Source: Lama guanicoe (Eukaryota). From it: DNA of 64,000 nt. The notes below the pieces were generated by a model. It ran no database searches. It saw only the letters and a program-made list of their open reading frames with translations, and was not told the origin of the DNA. Numbering within the stretch: the first letter of the stretch is position 1; each line of letters begins with the position of its first letter. Below, in pieces: positions 38,173 through 49,919 of the stretch. The stretch spans positions 24,879 through 88,878 of the forward strand of contig MU054204.1 of assembly GCA_013239625.1 (NCBI GenBank), in the 5' to 3' direction. The position numbers were made by a program, and so were the translations under genes.

Positions 38173-40674
38173 TATTTTAAGTTATTAGGGTTTTAATGTA
38201 GTCTTTACTCTTGACCAATATAGCATGTCACCAGACTTTCATATGCCCTAATTTCTTTCCCTATCAAAACTGACTTCTATTTTTAAAAATTTAAGTACAG
38301 TCAGTTACAATGTGTCAGCCTCTGGTGTATAGCACAATGTCCCAGTCATGCATATACATACATATATTCATTTTCATATTCTTTTCTTATTAAAGCTAAT
38401 CACAAGATATTGAACATAGTTCCCTGTGCTATACAGAAGAAACTTTTTAAAAATCTGTTTTTATATATAGCGACTAACATTTGTAAATCTCAAACTCTCA
38501 AATTTATTCCTTCTCATCCCCTTACCCCAGTAATCATAAAGTTGTTTTCTATGCCTGTGAGTCTCTTTCTGTTTTGTAGATGAGTTCATAGTGTCCTTTT
38601 TTTAAAAAAGATTCCACATTCGCATGATACCATATGCTAGTTTTCTTTCTCTTTCTGGCTTACTTCACTTACAATGTCCAGGTCCATCCATGTTGATGCA
38701 AATGGAATTGTTATATTCTTTTTTGTGGCTGAGTAGTATTCCATTGTATAAATATACCACATCTTTATCCAGTAATTCTTTGATGGACATTTTGGTTGCT
38801 TCCATGCCTTGGTTGTTGTATACAGTGCTGCTATGAACATTGGGGTGCATGTATCTTTTTGAATTACAGTTCCCTCCAGATATATATCCAGAAATGGGAT
38901 TGCTGGATCATGCAGTAAGTCCATTTCTAGTTTTTTGAGGAATCTCCATACTGTTTTCCATAATGGATGCACTAAACTACATTCCCACCAACAGTGTAGG
39001 AGGATTCCTTTTCTCCACACCCTCTCCAGCATTTATCATTTATGGACTTTTGAATGATGGCCATTCTGGCTGGTGTGAGGTTATACCTCATTGTAATTTT
39101 TTTATGGTTAATAGCTTTTATTTTTATTTTTTTAACATTTTTTATTGATTTATAATCATTTTACAATGTTGTGTCAAATTCCAGTGTTCAGCACAATTTT
39201 TCAGTCATTCATGGACATATACACACTCATTGTCACATTTTTTTCTCTGTGATTTATCATAACATTTTGTGTATATTTCCCTGTGCTATACAGTGTAATC
39301 TTGTTTATCTATTCTACGATTTTGAAATCCCAGTCTATCCCTTCCCACCCTCTACCCCCCTGGTAACCACAAGTCTGTATTCTCTGTCCATGAGTCTTTA
39401 GATTCCACATATGAGCGATCTCATATGGTATTTTTCTTTCTCTTTCTGGCTTACTTCACTTAGAATGACATTCTCTAGGAGCATCCATGTTGCTGCAAAT
39501 GGCGTTATGTTGTCTTTTTTGTGGCTGAATAGTATTCCATTGTATAAACGTACCACATCTTTATCCAGTCACCTGTTGATGGACATTTAGGCTGTTTCCA
39601 TGTTTTGGCTATTGTAAATAGTGCTGCTATGAACATTGGAGTGCAGGTGTCATCCTGAAGTAGATTTCCTTCTGGATACAAGCCCAGGAGTGGGATTCCT
39701 GGGTCATANNNNNNNNNNNNNNNNNNNNNNNNNNNNNNNNNNNNNNNNNNNNNNNNNNNNNNNNNNNNNNNNNNNNNNNNNNNNNNNNNNNNNNNNNNNN
39801 NNNNNNNNNNNNNNNNNNNNNNNNNNNNNNNNNNNNNNNNNNNNNNNNNNNNNNNNNNNNNNNNNNNNNNNNNNNNNNNNNNNNNNNNNNNNNNNNNNNN
39901 NNNNNNNNNNNNNNNNNNNNNNNNNNNNNNNNNNNNNNNNNNNNNNNNNNNNNNNNNNNNNNNNNNNNNNNNNNNNNNNNNNNNNNNNNNNNNNNNNNNN
40001 NNNNNNNNNNNNNNNNNNNNNNNNNNNNNNNNNNNNNNNNNNNNNNNNNNNNNNNNNNNNNNNNNNNNNNNNNNNNNNNNNNNNNNNNNNNNNNNNNNNN
40101 NNNNNNNNNNNNNNNNNNNNNNNNNNNNNNNNNNNNNNNNNNNNNNNNNNNNNNNNNNNNNNNNNNNNNNNNNNNNNNNNNNNNNNNNNNNNNNNNNNNN
40201 NNNNNNNNNNNNNNNNNNNNNNNNNNNNNNNNNNNNNNNNNNNNNNNNNNNNNNNNNNNNNNNNNNNNNNNNTGATTTGCATTGATAATTAGTGATATTG
40301 AGCATTTTTTCATGTCTATTGGCCATTCATATGTCTTCATTGGAGAAATGCTTGTTTAGACTTCCTGCCCATTTTTTGATTGGGTTATTTTTTTTTTGGT
40401 TATTACGTTGTATGAGCTGTTTATATATTCTGGAAATTAAGCCTTTGTCAGTTGCATCATTTGGAAATATTTTCTCTCATTCCATAGGTTGTCATTTTGT
40501 TTTGCTTATGGTTTCCTTTGCTGTGCAAAAGCTTATAAGTTTAATTAGGTCCCATTTGTTTATTTTTGCTTTTATTTCTATTGCCTGGGTAGACTGCCCT
40601 AGGAGAACATTGCTAAGATTTATGTCAGAGAATGTTTTGCCTATGTTTTCTTCTAGGAGATTTATCATGTCTTG
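38173..40674 (-). mobile_element. L1 insertion in the MAGE ORF with 14-bp TSD, 3' transduction and a nested younger L1
   Basis: TSD ctggacctgatctt at 38159-38172 and 40675-40688; L1 3' end starts ~38280; a second L1 3' end starts ~39115. Confidence 0.92.
39709..40271. other. Assembly gap (N run)
   Basis: Run of N. Confidence 1.
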
Positions 40675-41186
40675 CTGGACCTGATCTTCATGAAGGGCAA
40701 CTCTCCTTCTGAAGAGGACATCTGGACCATGCTAAATGACCTGAATCTATGTCCCAGGTAGAAGCACATCATCTTTAGAGAGCCCAGAAAACTCATAAAA
40801 AGCTTTTGTGTAGCAAAATATGAGGCAGAATCCCAGAGTGATGTTACAACCTACAAATTACTATGGGGCCCTTGCACCTATACTGAAATCAGCAAGGTGA
40901 AAGTTTTGGAGTTTGTGGACAAGATTAATAATGTTGACTTCTGTTCCTACATGTCACAATATGAAGAGGCCTTGAGAGAGGAGAAGGGAAAAGTCCAAGC
41001 CAGATTTCAAGGCAATATTGGTACTGATACCATGGCCAGTGATTTGGGTAGTGCCAGAAGGAGACACAAGAGAAGGCTGAGGCACACCGTTCAATTTGTG
41101 TTTGGAGTGGGCAATCAGATATGCTGCACTGAGAAGTCACGAACAGCTGAGTGTGCGAGGGGAAGAAAGTATATTCCACTAGTATT

Positions 41187-41384
41187 TGCTATGGACTGAA
41201 TTGCGCCCCCCAACAAATTCATATGTTGAAGCCCTAACCCCTCTTCTGTGACTATATTTGTAGATAGGGCCTCTAAGGAGATAATTAGATTAAATGAGGT
41301 CATAAATTTGGGGCCTAACCCAGTAGGATTAGTTTCCTTATAAGAAGAGACACTGAAGAATTCTCTCTCTCTCTCTCTCTCTCC

Positions 41385-41417
<33 letters not shown>

Positions 41418-41630
41418 CCTTCCTTCCCCCATGCAAATGCACCAAGGAAAGGCCATGTGAAGACACAGTTAGAAGGTGGCTATCTGCAAGTTATGAAGAG
41501 AGTTCTCCCCAGAAACTGACCATGCTGTCACCTTGATCAGTCTTCCAGCCTCCAGAACTGTGAGAAAATTAATTTCTGTTGTTTAAGCTACTCAGTCTAT
41601 GGTATTTTGTTATGACAGTTCAAGCAAATT
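41187..41630 (+). mobile_element. MLT1 (MaLR) solo LTR containing a (CT)n tract
   Basis: tgctatggactgaattg...aaattcatatgttgaagcc...ccagcctccagaactgtgagaaaattaatttctgttgtttaagc. Confidence 0.88.
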
Positions 41631-41644
41631 AATAAATTATTCCT

Positions 41645-42966
41645 GGACAGTCACATGTAAATCAATGAAGTTAGAACACTCCCTCACACCATCCACAAAA
41701 ATAAACTCAGAATGGCTTAAAGACTTAAATATAAGACAAGACACTATAAACCTCTTAGAAGAAAATTTTCTCTGACATAAATCTTAACAATGTTCTCCTA
41801 GGGCAGTCAACCCAGGCAATAGAAGTAAAAGAAAAAATAAACAAATGGGACCTAATTAAACTTATAAGCTTTTGCATAGCAAAGAAAACCATAAGCAAAA
41901 CAAAAAGACAACCTACAGAATGGGAGAAAATTTTGGCAAAAGATGAGACTGACAAGGGTTTAATTTCCAGAATATATAAACAGCTCATATAACATAATAA
42001 CAAAAAAACAAACAACCCAATCAAAAAATGAAGTCTTAAACAAGTAATTCTCCAATGAAGATATACAAGTAGCACACGAAAAAAATGCTCAATATCACTA
42101 ATTATCAGAGAAATGCAAATCAAAACTACAATGAAGTATCACCTCACACCAGTCAGAATGACTGTCACACAAAAGTCCATGAATGACAAATGCTGGAGAG
42201 GCTGTGGAGAAAATGGAACCCTTCTACACTGTTGGTGGGAATGCAGTTTGGTGCAGCCACTGTGGAAAACAGTATGGAGATTCCTCAAAAGACTAGGAAT
42301 AGACTTACCATATGACCCAGGAATCCTGCTCCTGGGCATATATCCAGAAGGAACCCTACTTCAAAAAGACACCTGCACCCCAATGTTCATAGCAGCACTG
42401 TTTACAATATCCAAGACATGGAAGCAACCTAAATGTCCATCTACAGCTGACTGGATAAAGAAGATGTGGTACATTTAGACAATGGAATACTACTCACCCA
42501 TAAAAATAATAAAATAATGCCATTTGCAGCAACATGGATGTCCCTGGAGAATGTCATTCTATGTGAAGTAAGCCAGAAAGAGAAAGAAAAATACCATATA
42601 ACATCACTCATATGTGGAATTTAAAAAGAAAAAAAAGACAAAATGAACTTAGTTGCAAAATAAAAACAGACTCAGAGACATAGAAAACAAACTTATGATT
42701 ACCAGAGGGGAAAGGGAGTGGGAAGGGATAGATTGGGAGTTTGAGATTTGCAGATACCAACTAATATATATATGCAATAGACATACAACAAGTTTTTCTG
42801 TATAGCATGAGGAACTATATTCAATATTTTATAGTAACCTATGATGAAAAATAATATGAAAATGAATATATGTATGTATATGTATGACTGAAACATTATG
42901 CTGTACACCAGAAACTGATACAACATTGTAAACTTCAATAAAAAATACTTCAATTTAAAAAAGGAA
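41645..42966 (+). mobile_element. 5'-truncated L1 with 14-bp TSD
   Basis: ORF 42113..42478 is the L1 ORF2 cysteine-rich domain; TSD aataaattattcct at 41631-41644 and 42967-42980. Confidence 0.95.
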
Positions 42967-43694
42967 AATAAATTATTCCTATTCCATATGGGTAAATTAG
43001 TGATTTATCTGTTGTTTTTTATCTTTTAGAGTGTTGTCTTAGTAGAATGTTCAGTTTTCTTCAGAGTCTAGCTTTATAGATAGCGTGGGTGAAACATTTT
43101 ATTATTCTTTCTCAGATATTGAGTAAAAGTTTGGCTATTTTGGGAAACTTTCTATTATATTCTGTGATCTGGAGCAGATTACATGGTATTGAAATAGGCT
43201 ACTTCTTGAAAATGTGCAAGAATTTCACCAGTAAATAGCTGGGACCCAGTAAAATAGGGGAGAAAAGTATAAATATGTTTATATCTTGGCTTTCCCCTTC
43301 TCTATTAGTCTACTGTTCTTCAAAATTGATATACATATGGATTTGCTTAATTACCCAAGAAAATAAAAGCCTGATAAATTAAACTGATGCCCATTTTATT
43401 ATTTATTCATCAAACATTGATTGACTATCTGCTATGTGTGAGTAGATTTGCTAGGTGTTGGAGATATGGGGATATATAACATATAACCAAGGAGAAAGGT
43501 ATGAAATTATAAACCTCAAATTACTAATGTTGGTTAAAGAGGATAGTATAGGAAGAGGGTAGGAGAAAGTAAGGAAAATTGCTTTAACAGTTCACAAAAA
43601 ACCCCAAGTGTGCAGGTTAATAACACATGTATATGTATATTTTTGTAAGTGTGTTTATATATGGAAAAAGAGGTACATTAAAGGTTTGTCACTT

Positions 43695-44905
43695 TATTTC
43701 CTATTGTCGTCATTATAAAATACCACAAACTTAGTGTCTTAAAACAAAACCCATTTATTATCTCACAGTTTTCATGGTTAGAAGTCTGGGAGCATTATGG
43801 CTTAACTGGGTTCTCTGCTTAGGTTCTCACAAGGCTGAGATCAAAGTGCAGGCAGGGCCACATACCTTTCTGGAGGCTCTGGGGAAGAACCTGCTTCCAA
43901 GCTCATTCAGATTATTAGCAGAATTTAATATCTTGTGGTTGTAGGACTGAGGTTCCCATTTCTCCCTGGCTGTTAGCCAGGGTCCTTTCTCCCAGGAATT
44001 CAGATTGCCTGCATTCCTTCTCACATGACTCCCTCCATCTTCAAAGCAGCGGTGGCCTATTGAGTCTCCATGCTTTAAATCTATCTGACTTCCTTCCTGT
44101 TTCCACTCTCTATTTTTTTAAGGTCGTATTTTAAAAAATATTTTCTATTGATTTATAATCATTTTACAATGTGTCAAATTTCAGTGTAGAGCACAATTTT
44201 TAACATTTTTTATTGATTTATAATCATTTTACAATGTTGTGTCAAATTCCAGTGTTCAGCACTATTTTTCAGTCATTCATGGACATATACACACTCATTG
44301 TCACATTTTTTTCTCTGTGAGCTACCACAAGATCTTGTATATATTTCCCTGTGCTATACGGTATAATCCTGTTTATCTATTCTAAATTTTGAAATCCCAG
44401 TCTATCCTTTCCCACCCACGCCCCTTGGCAACCACAAGTTTGTACTCTATGTCTACGAATCTATTTCTGTTTTGTATTAATGTCTTTATTTTTTATTTTA
44501 TTTTTTTTAGATTCCACATATGAGCGATCTCATATGGTATTTTTCTTTCTCTTCCTGGCTTACTTCACTTAGAATGACATTCTCCAGGAATATCCATGTT
44601 GCTGCAAATGGCGTTATGTTGTCGGTTTTGAATGGCTGAGTAGTATTCCATTGTATAAATATACCACATCTTCTTTATCCAGTCATCTGTTGATGGACAT
44701 TCCCACTCTCTACTTTTTAATCTCTACTCTTGTGTGATTACTTCAGGACCACCTGAAAAATCCAGGATAATCATTGTATCTTAAGGTCAACTGATTAGTA
44801 AGTTTCATTACATCTGTAAAGTCCTTTTTTGTTAGGTGATATAGCATACGCATGAGAGTTAGTAACACTAAGGAGTGAAGATTATGGGGGCCAAAATTCT
44901 GCTCC
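43695..44905 (-). mobile_element. MLT1 (MaLR) LTR interrupted by a young L1
   Basis: taccacaaacttagtgtcttaaaacaa...tctcacagtttt; resumes after 44720. Confidence 0.75.
44113..44702 (-). mobile_element. Young L1 3' fragment with a doubled 3' terminus
   Basis: TSD ccactctcta at ~44103 and ~44703; the L1 terminal motif ttgatttataatcattttacaatg occurs twice (~44148 and ~44213). Confidence 0.85.
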
Positions 44906-46469
44906 TCATAGTCAGCAAAACATTAGTTGCTGTCACCTCAAAGTTATTTTAAATGATCTTTATTTTTATTCACATATATTCCTGAGTTGTTTGAATTTTA
45001 AATATAATCCATGTGTACTAATTATAATCATGCGGGGGGAAGCTGTTTATTCCATAGGGAAATAAAGTACAACAGGGTAAAAGACCCAGCTCTTCACTAC
45101 TGATGAATGTTTGGCGATAGGTGTGGGAATTCTGCAGCTCCCAGTAGCCTTGCATTTAAAGGATATGGTGTCCCACTGTGTTCCTCCCTTGCTGAAGATT
45201 ATTCAATTGCTTCCCTTACTTTCACAATCTGGGAAAGGTAAGATCCAATTTTGCGAATTAAAGTCTAGATAGGGATCTATATGTCATTCCATCCCAGGTG
45301 CCCAAGATGGTGTGCTGAGCCTTTGCAGCAAATTGCAAAGCTTGAATTTTCCAAACCATTTCCAAGAGAAGATAACTTCCCGCAGAGTCCTAGGGAGACA
45401 AGCAATCCCAGAAAAGCCTGGGTTTTTCCTAGTTCTTTGGAGGAGAACAGGGGGACTAGCTCCCATGTATCATGCTTAACAGGCCAATATACTTCCTTCC
45501 CTGGCCACTCTCAGGCCCACGCACAGGGAGAGAAGAATAAACCCACAGGCCTTTTCAAGGTTAGAAGTTAGCATTTCTGGGAATCCAGTCTTCTGGGTCA
45601 AAATTATTTCTGGCTTCCCATAAAAGAGCAGTATAAATCAGGTCTGTGGGGGAATGAAGCAAGTGCTACGTGTCCTTTTTGATGACTGGTAAGGTGACTG
45701 ACTTGAATACTCTTTGTGGAAGAAGAGGAGACTCTATGTTCCACTATGTGCTTCATGGGGTTCGCAGGATGTATGGCGGTTACCCGCAAGTTCCAAGTTC
45801 AGCACTGTACGGGGATGACCAGAGGTCTGAAATGTAGCCAGGGCCGTTCTTGGCCACAGCTAAGCACAGGCTGCACAGAAGGACTCTGTCTGGGGCGGGG
45901 ATGGTCTATTTTAGGAAGACTTCACAGAGATGCTCTGAATTTTCCTAATATGGGAGGGGCTTACTACAGGCCTTCTATTAGGTATAGGGTAGAATATAAA
46001 TAACTCCATAGAAGGAAAATGAAAACATGTTTATATGGGTCTGTACATGTACATCTAAATATCTAGCTCTGCTGGGAGCATAGGCTGGAGTGATCATAGT
46101 TGTCACTTCTGGCAGCGGTGCTTGGAGTCACGAATATGTGGGAGATACTACCAATTTTATACTCATTTTTACCATCTGAAACATTTAACACGTGCTTGAT
46201 TATGGAAGAGAATCATCATGCCATTAATGTCAGGGCTTAGCAGCCTGTGCCTTGGTCTTGTGTCTTCCCTGGTATGTGGCTATTACCAGGGTCTTGGCAG
46301 TGTCTCCCAGCCTTTGGTGGACCTCAGTCCCAGGCTCAGCAGTTCTACTGTTCTATACATATTGTCTGCTCCCTCAAATGGCAGATTCTTCATGGAATCC
46401 ACCACACCGAGAACTTGGGATCATTAGGCGTGACCGCTTCATCCTACAGAAAATAAAAAGCAATTAAGA

Positions 46470-46580
46470 CTTACTATAAAGCAGCAGCAACGTCACCAAG
46501 AGGTTTTACGTCACGCTCCAGGAAGACATGGTGAGCAGGTAAGTCTGGAGGGAATCCCTGGCAGCGACCAAGTTGAGTCA
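46470..46580 (+). promoter_or_regulatory. Candidate promoter/first exon (TATAAA, CRE-like sites, ATG, splice donors, AP-1)
   Basis: TATAAA 46475-46480, CGTCA 46491-46495, TTACGTCA 46506-46513, ATG 46528-46530, CAG|GTAAGT at 46539, TGAGTCA 46574-46580; local CpG retention. Confidence 0.4.
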
Positions 46581-48185
46581 CTCGCTCTGCAGAAAGTAGT
46601 AAGCAGTCTGTTCCTTTTAATGATCTGCCTTTGCCTACCCTTAGACTGCATAAAGAAACTTGATTGAACGTTGCTCTATTTCTGATGTGGGTGGGGGCTC
46701 AGATCTCATCCTCATCATTCTTCTCTAGTTTTTGTCTTCTCTGGGCCTCCTGGCCTTGTCTGAAAGATCCGGACTCAAAGTCATGTTTCAGCTTGCTGAG
46801 CAGAATAGTAACGACAACAAAACCCCAAACTGAAGAAATGATGCTGGGAATTCCTCCAATTCATGTAGTGGCGCTAAAGCCTACCATTGTTTTTCAAATA
46901 TATAGTAGCCTATTATGGTTTGTAAAAGAAAATATACAAAAACATACATATGGAGGTGAGATGATTTTTATTGTGATATAATATTATATATATAGACACA
47001 TACATGTGTATATGTCAAAAAATAGAACATTAGAGGCTCCCAGATGTTTCCTATGTTTCTTTCCCACTCACTAAGTCTATTTAAGTGTTCATTTTTAATA
47101 TAAGGATAGTATTAAATATGTATCAGTAAATTGCAGTATATGATATAAAATATATGTGCACTCAAAATAATAATTATAAAGCATACATTTGCATAACCAC
47201 TACCTAACTTAAAGACTATTTCATATAATTTATAAACCCTTAATGTGCCCCTCTTCAAATACCTCTCCCATTCCATCAGTCCTAAAGGTAGCCCTTTCCT
47301 GACTTTTGTAAAAAAATCTTTACCCTGCTTTCATTAAAAAAATTTTTTTAAATTGAAGTACAGTCAGTTACACTGTGTTAGTTTCTGGTGTACAGCACAA
47401 TGTCCCAGTCCTGCATATACATATATATATTTGTTGCCTTGCTTTTATTGATAATTTTACCATCCTCACTTGCACCCCTAAACACTATAGTTTTGTCTGT
47501 TCTTAAACCCTTTAATATGCAATCATATTCTATGTGTATTCCTTTTGACTTGCTAATTTTATTCACTCTAATGAAAGTTGTTTATCTTGATGCTAGTAGC
47601 TGTAATTTCCTCATCGTTATTGCTGCATAAATTCCATCCCATGAAAATTCCAGAATATATTCGCCAGTTCTAATAATGAATAGTATTTGTATTGTTTACA
47701 GTTTGGGAATATTATGAATAATGATGCTGTAAATAGCGTAAAATAACTTCACATTAAAGGAAATCTCAGAGACATTTGACACTTTCATTCTTGGCATTTC
47801 TAGTGTCTTAAATGAAAGTTTTACTATTTAAAATTTTTCTTATACATATGTAACCAAAAGTAAAAGAGTATTTAACTTTTGACAAAAATGCTTAATGTTC
47901 ACAGAACAACCATAACTTTTCCTGTGGATGATTACAATTGTTTATGTGGTTTCAGCTTACATGGTCCTCAATTATGTACTATGAAACATCTCCCTACCTT
48001 TTTCTTCCTCTTTGGTATTCTTGACCTACTGAATAATATTTAGAATCACCTTGTCAAGTGCCACATACAATGATTGTTGAGATTTTTATTTGTAATTACA
48101 TTGAACCTTTAAAATAATTCAGAGAGAACTGACATCATTACAATGTTGAGTTTCTCAGTGAACATGGAATATTTTTCTATTTATT

Positions 48186-48950
48186 GTATTAGTTTCCTAT
48201 GTATGAGTTTGTAGTTTGGTTTGCAGTAACTAAAGTACCACAAACTGGGTTGTTTAAATAACAGGAATATATTGTCTCATGATTCTAGAGGCTAGGAGTC
48301 CAAGATCAAGTTATCAGTGGGGTTGCTTCCTTCTGAGGGCTATGAAGGAGAATCTGTCCCATGCCTCTCTCTTAGCCTCTGGTATTTCCTTGGCTTGTGG
48401 TAGCATGAGTCCAATCTTCAAATGGCATTTCCTCCGTGTACATGTCTGTCTGTGCACAAAGTTCTCCACTTTGTAAGGGCACCAGTCATGTTGGATTAGG
48501 GTCCCACCTCCAATTCCAAAGTTACTTCCACATTTTTAGGTATTTGTTACAGCAGCACCTACTTCTTGGTACCAAAATCTGTATTAGTTTAGTAGGGTTG
48601 CTATAAGAAAATACCACTAATTTAGTGGTTTAACCAGCAATTTTGGGGGTCTCACAGTTCTGGAAGCTAGAAGTCCGAAACAAAGGTATTGTCAAGGTTG
48701 GTTCTTTCTGAGAGTTGTGAGAGAAGCACTTGTTCCAGGCCTCTCTCTGGCTTGTCTTCTTACTGTGTGTCTTCACATGGCCTTTCCTCCATGTATGCTT
48801 CTTTTTCCAAATTTGCCCTTTATAGGAAACCAGTCATATTGGATTAAGGTCCACCCTAAGTACCTCTTCTTAACTAATTACAACTGCAGTGATCCTATTT
48901 TCAAATAAGTTCACATTTTGAGGAACTGGGGGTTACAATTCCAGCATCAC
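48186..48950 (-). mobile_element. Two adjacent MLT1 (MaLR) LTR copies
   Basis: Two tgtattagtt...taccac...ctcacagttctggaagctagaagtcc-type starts (~48186 and ~48580). Confidence 0.75.
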
Positions 48951-49919
48951 TGAAAAAAGTTTTATAATTTTCCGTGTTGGTCTTTAATTTCTTAGATTTA
49001 TTCTGTGGTATTTGTGTCAGTTATCAATTTATTGCCTCTGGGTCTGGAATGTATCCTTCAATATATGCTCTGTGATAAACAATGTAATTCCATTAAGCAT
49101 TTTTCCTTTTAAGTAAACACAATGATAAGCTTTCTCAGTAGAGGGCAGTATAGGGACATTGAAAGAGAAAGAGGCTTTCCTTCAATTTTCAGCTGTAGCA
49201 GGGTGAGCCCATGGTGTGAGTGAAGCCACTTGGTAGACCTCTGCCCTAGCCACAGGACCAGAATTCAGTGTCCCTCACTGACCTTGCAGCCTCTGTCTGG
49301 CAATAATCTGTGCACGGCCCTCTTAACACAGAAACCTGAACCCCTAAGACTTGCTACTGGCACCAGCACCAGAATGCCTCTTATCAGCACACATACTCAA
49401 AAGCCTCCTGCCTGTGCTTGTGTTCCTAAAGGTCACTTGCCCACACCAGTGCTCTGATTCCCTCTTAAGGCCCCAGCACAAACCCACCTGAGGCCTGGAA
49501 GGTTCCCATCCTCTCTGCCCATCCACTGTACATTCAAGTCACTATATATATATATTACAGTAGCTATAGCTTAGCCTAATAATTTATGTGTAGATTATTT
49601 GAGTTTTCTAGTTCATACTCATGTCACCCATGAGTAATGACAGATTGTTTCTCCATTTATAACCCTTATACTTTTTAAAATTATTTTTGCCTTACTGAAA
49701 GAATTAAGATACCCTATAGCATTGTCAAAAGGAACTATTTCTCAATCTCAAAAGGAAAGCTTTTAATATTTGACCAGTTAGTAGAATGTTTATTCTAGGG
49801 ATTTCTCAGATAAACTTCACGGGGTTAAGAAAGTTCCTTTCTGTTCTTAAATCTCTGAAAAAATATTATGAATGCAGCTTGACTTTTACCAGACACTTTT
49901 TTTTACTGCATGTGGAAGC

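Larger units (their letters stand above)
37552..41090 (+). pseudogene. MAGE-B-like (type I MAGE) pseudogene split by an L1 insertion
   Basis: Start CTG CTT TGA GGT CAG AAG is a decayed MPRGQK; MAGE-domain peptides PIKKAEIMKDITKQYKNRFPEILRRTSDSLVLLFGFKLKEV, LDLIFMKGNSPSEEDIW, KHIIFREPRKL, LWGP and KVLEFVDKINN...YEEALREEK; lost ATG, stops and frameshifts. Confidence 0.93.

Noticed and set aside
39505..40340. Long ORFs of 190-270 aa
   Set aside because: Artefacts of the N gap flanked by L1 sequence
40897..41199. 100-aa ORF 'MKVLEFVDKINN...' as an independent gene
   Set aside because: It starts at GTG and is the C-terminal remnant of the MAGE pseudogene
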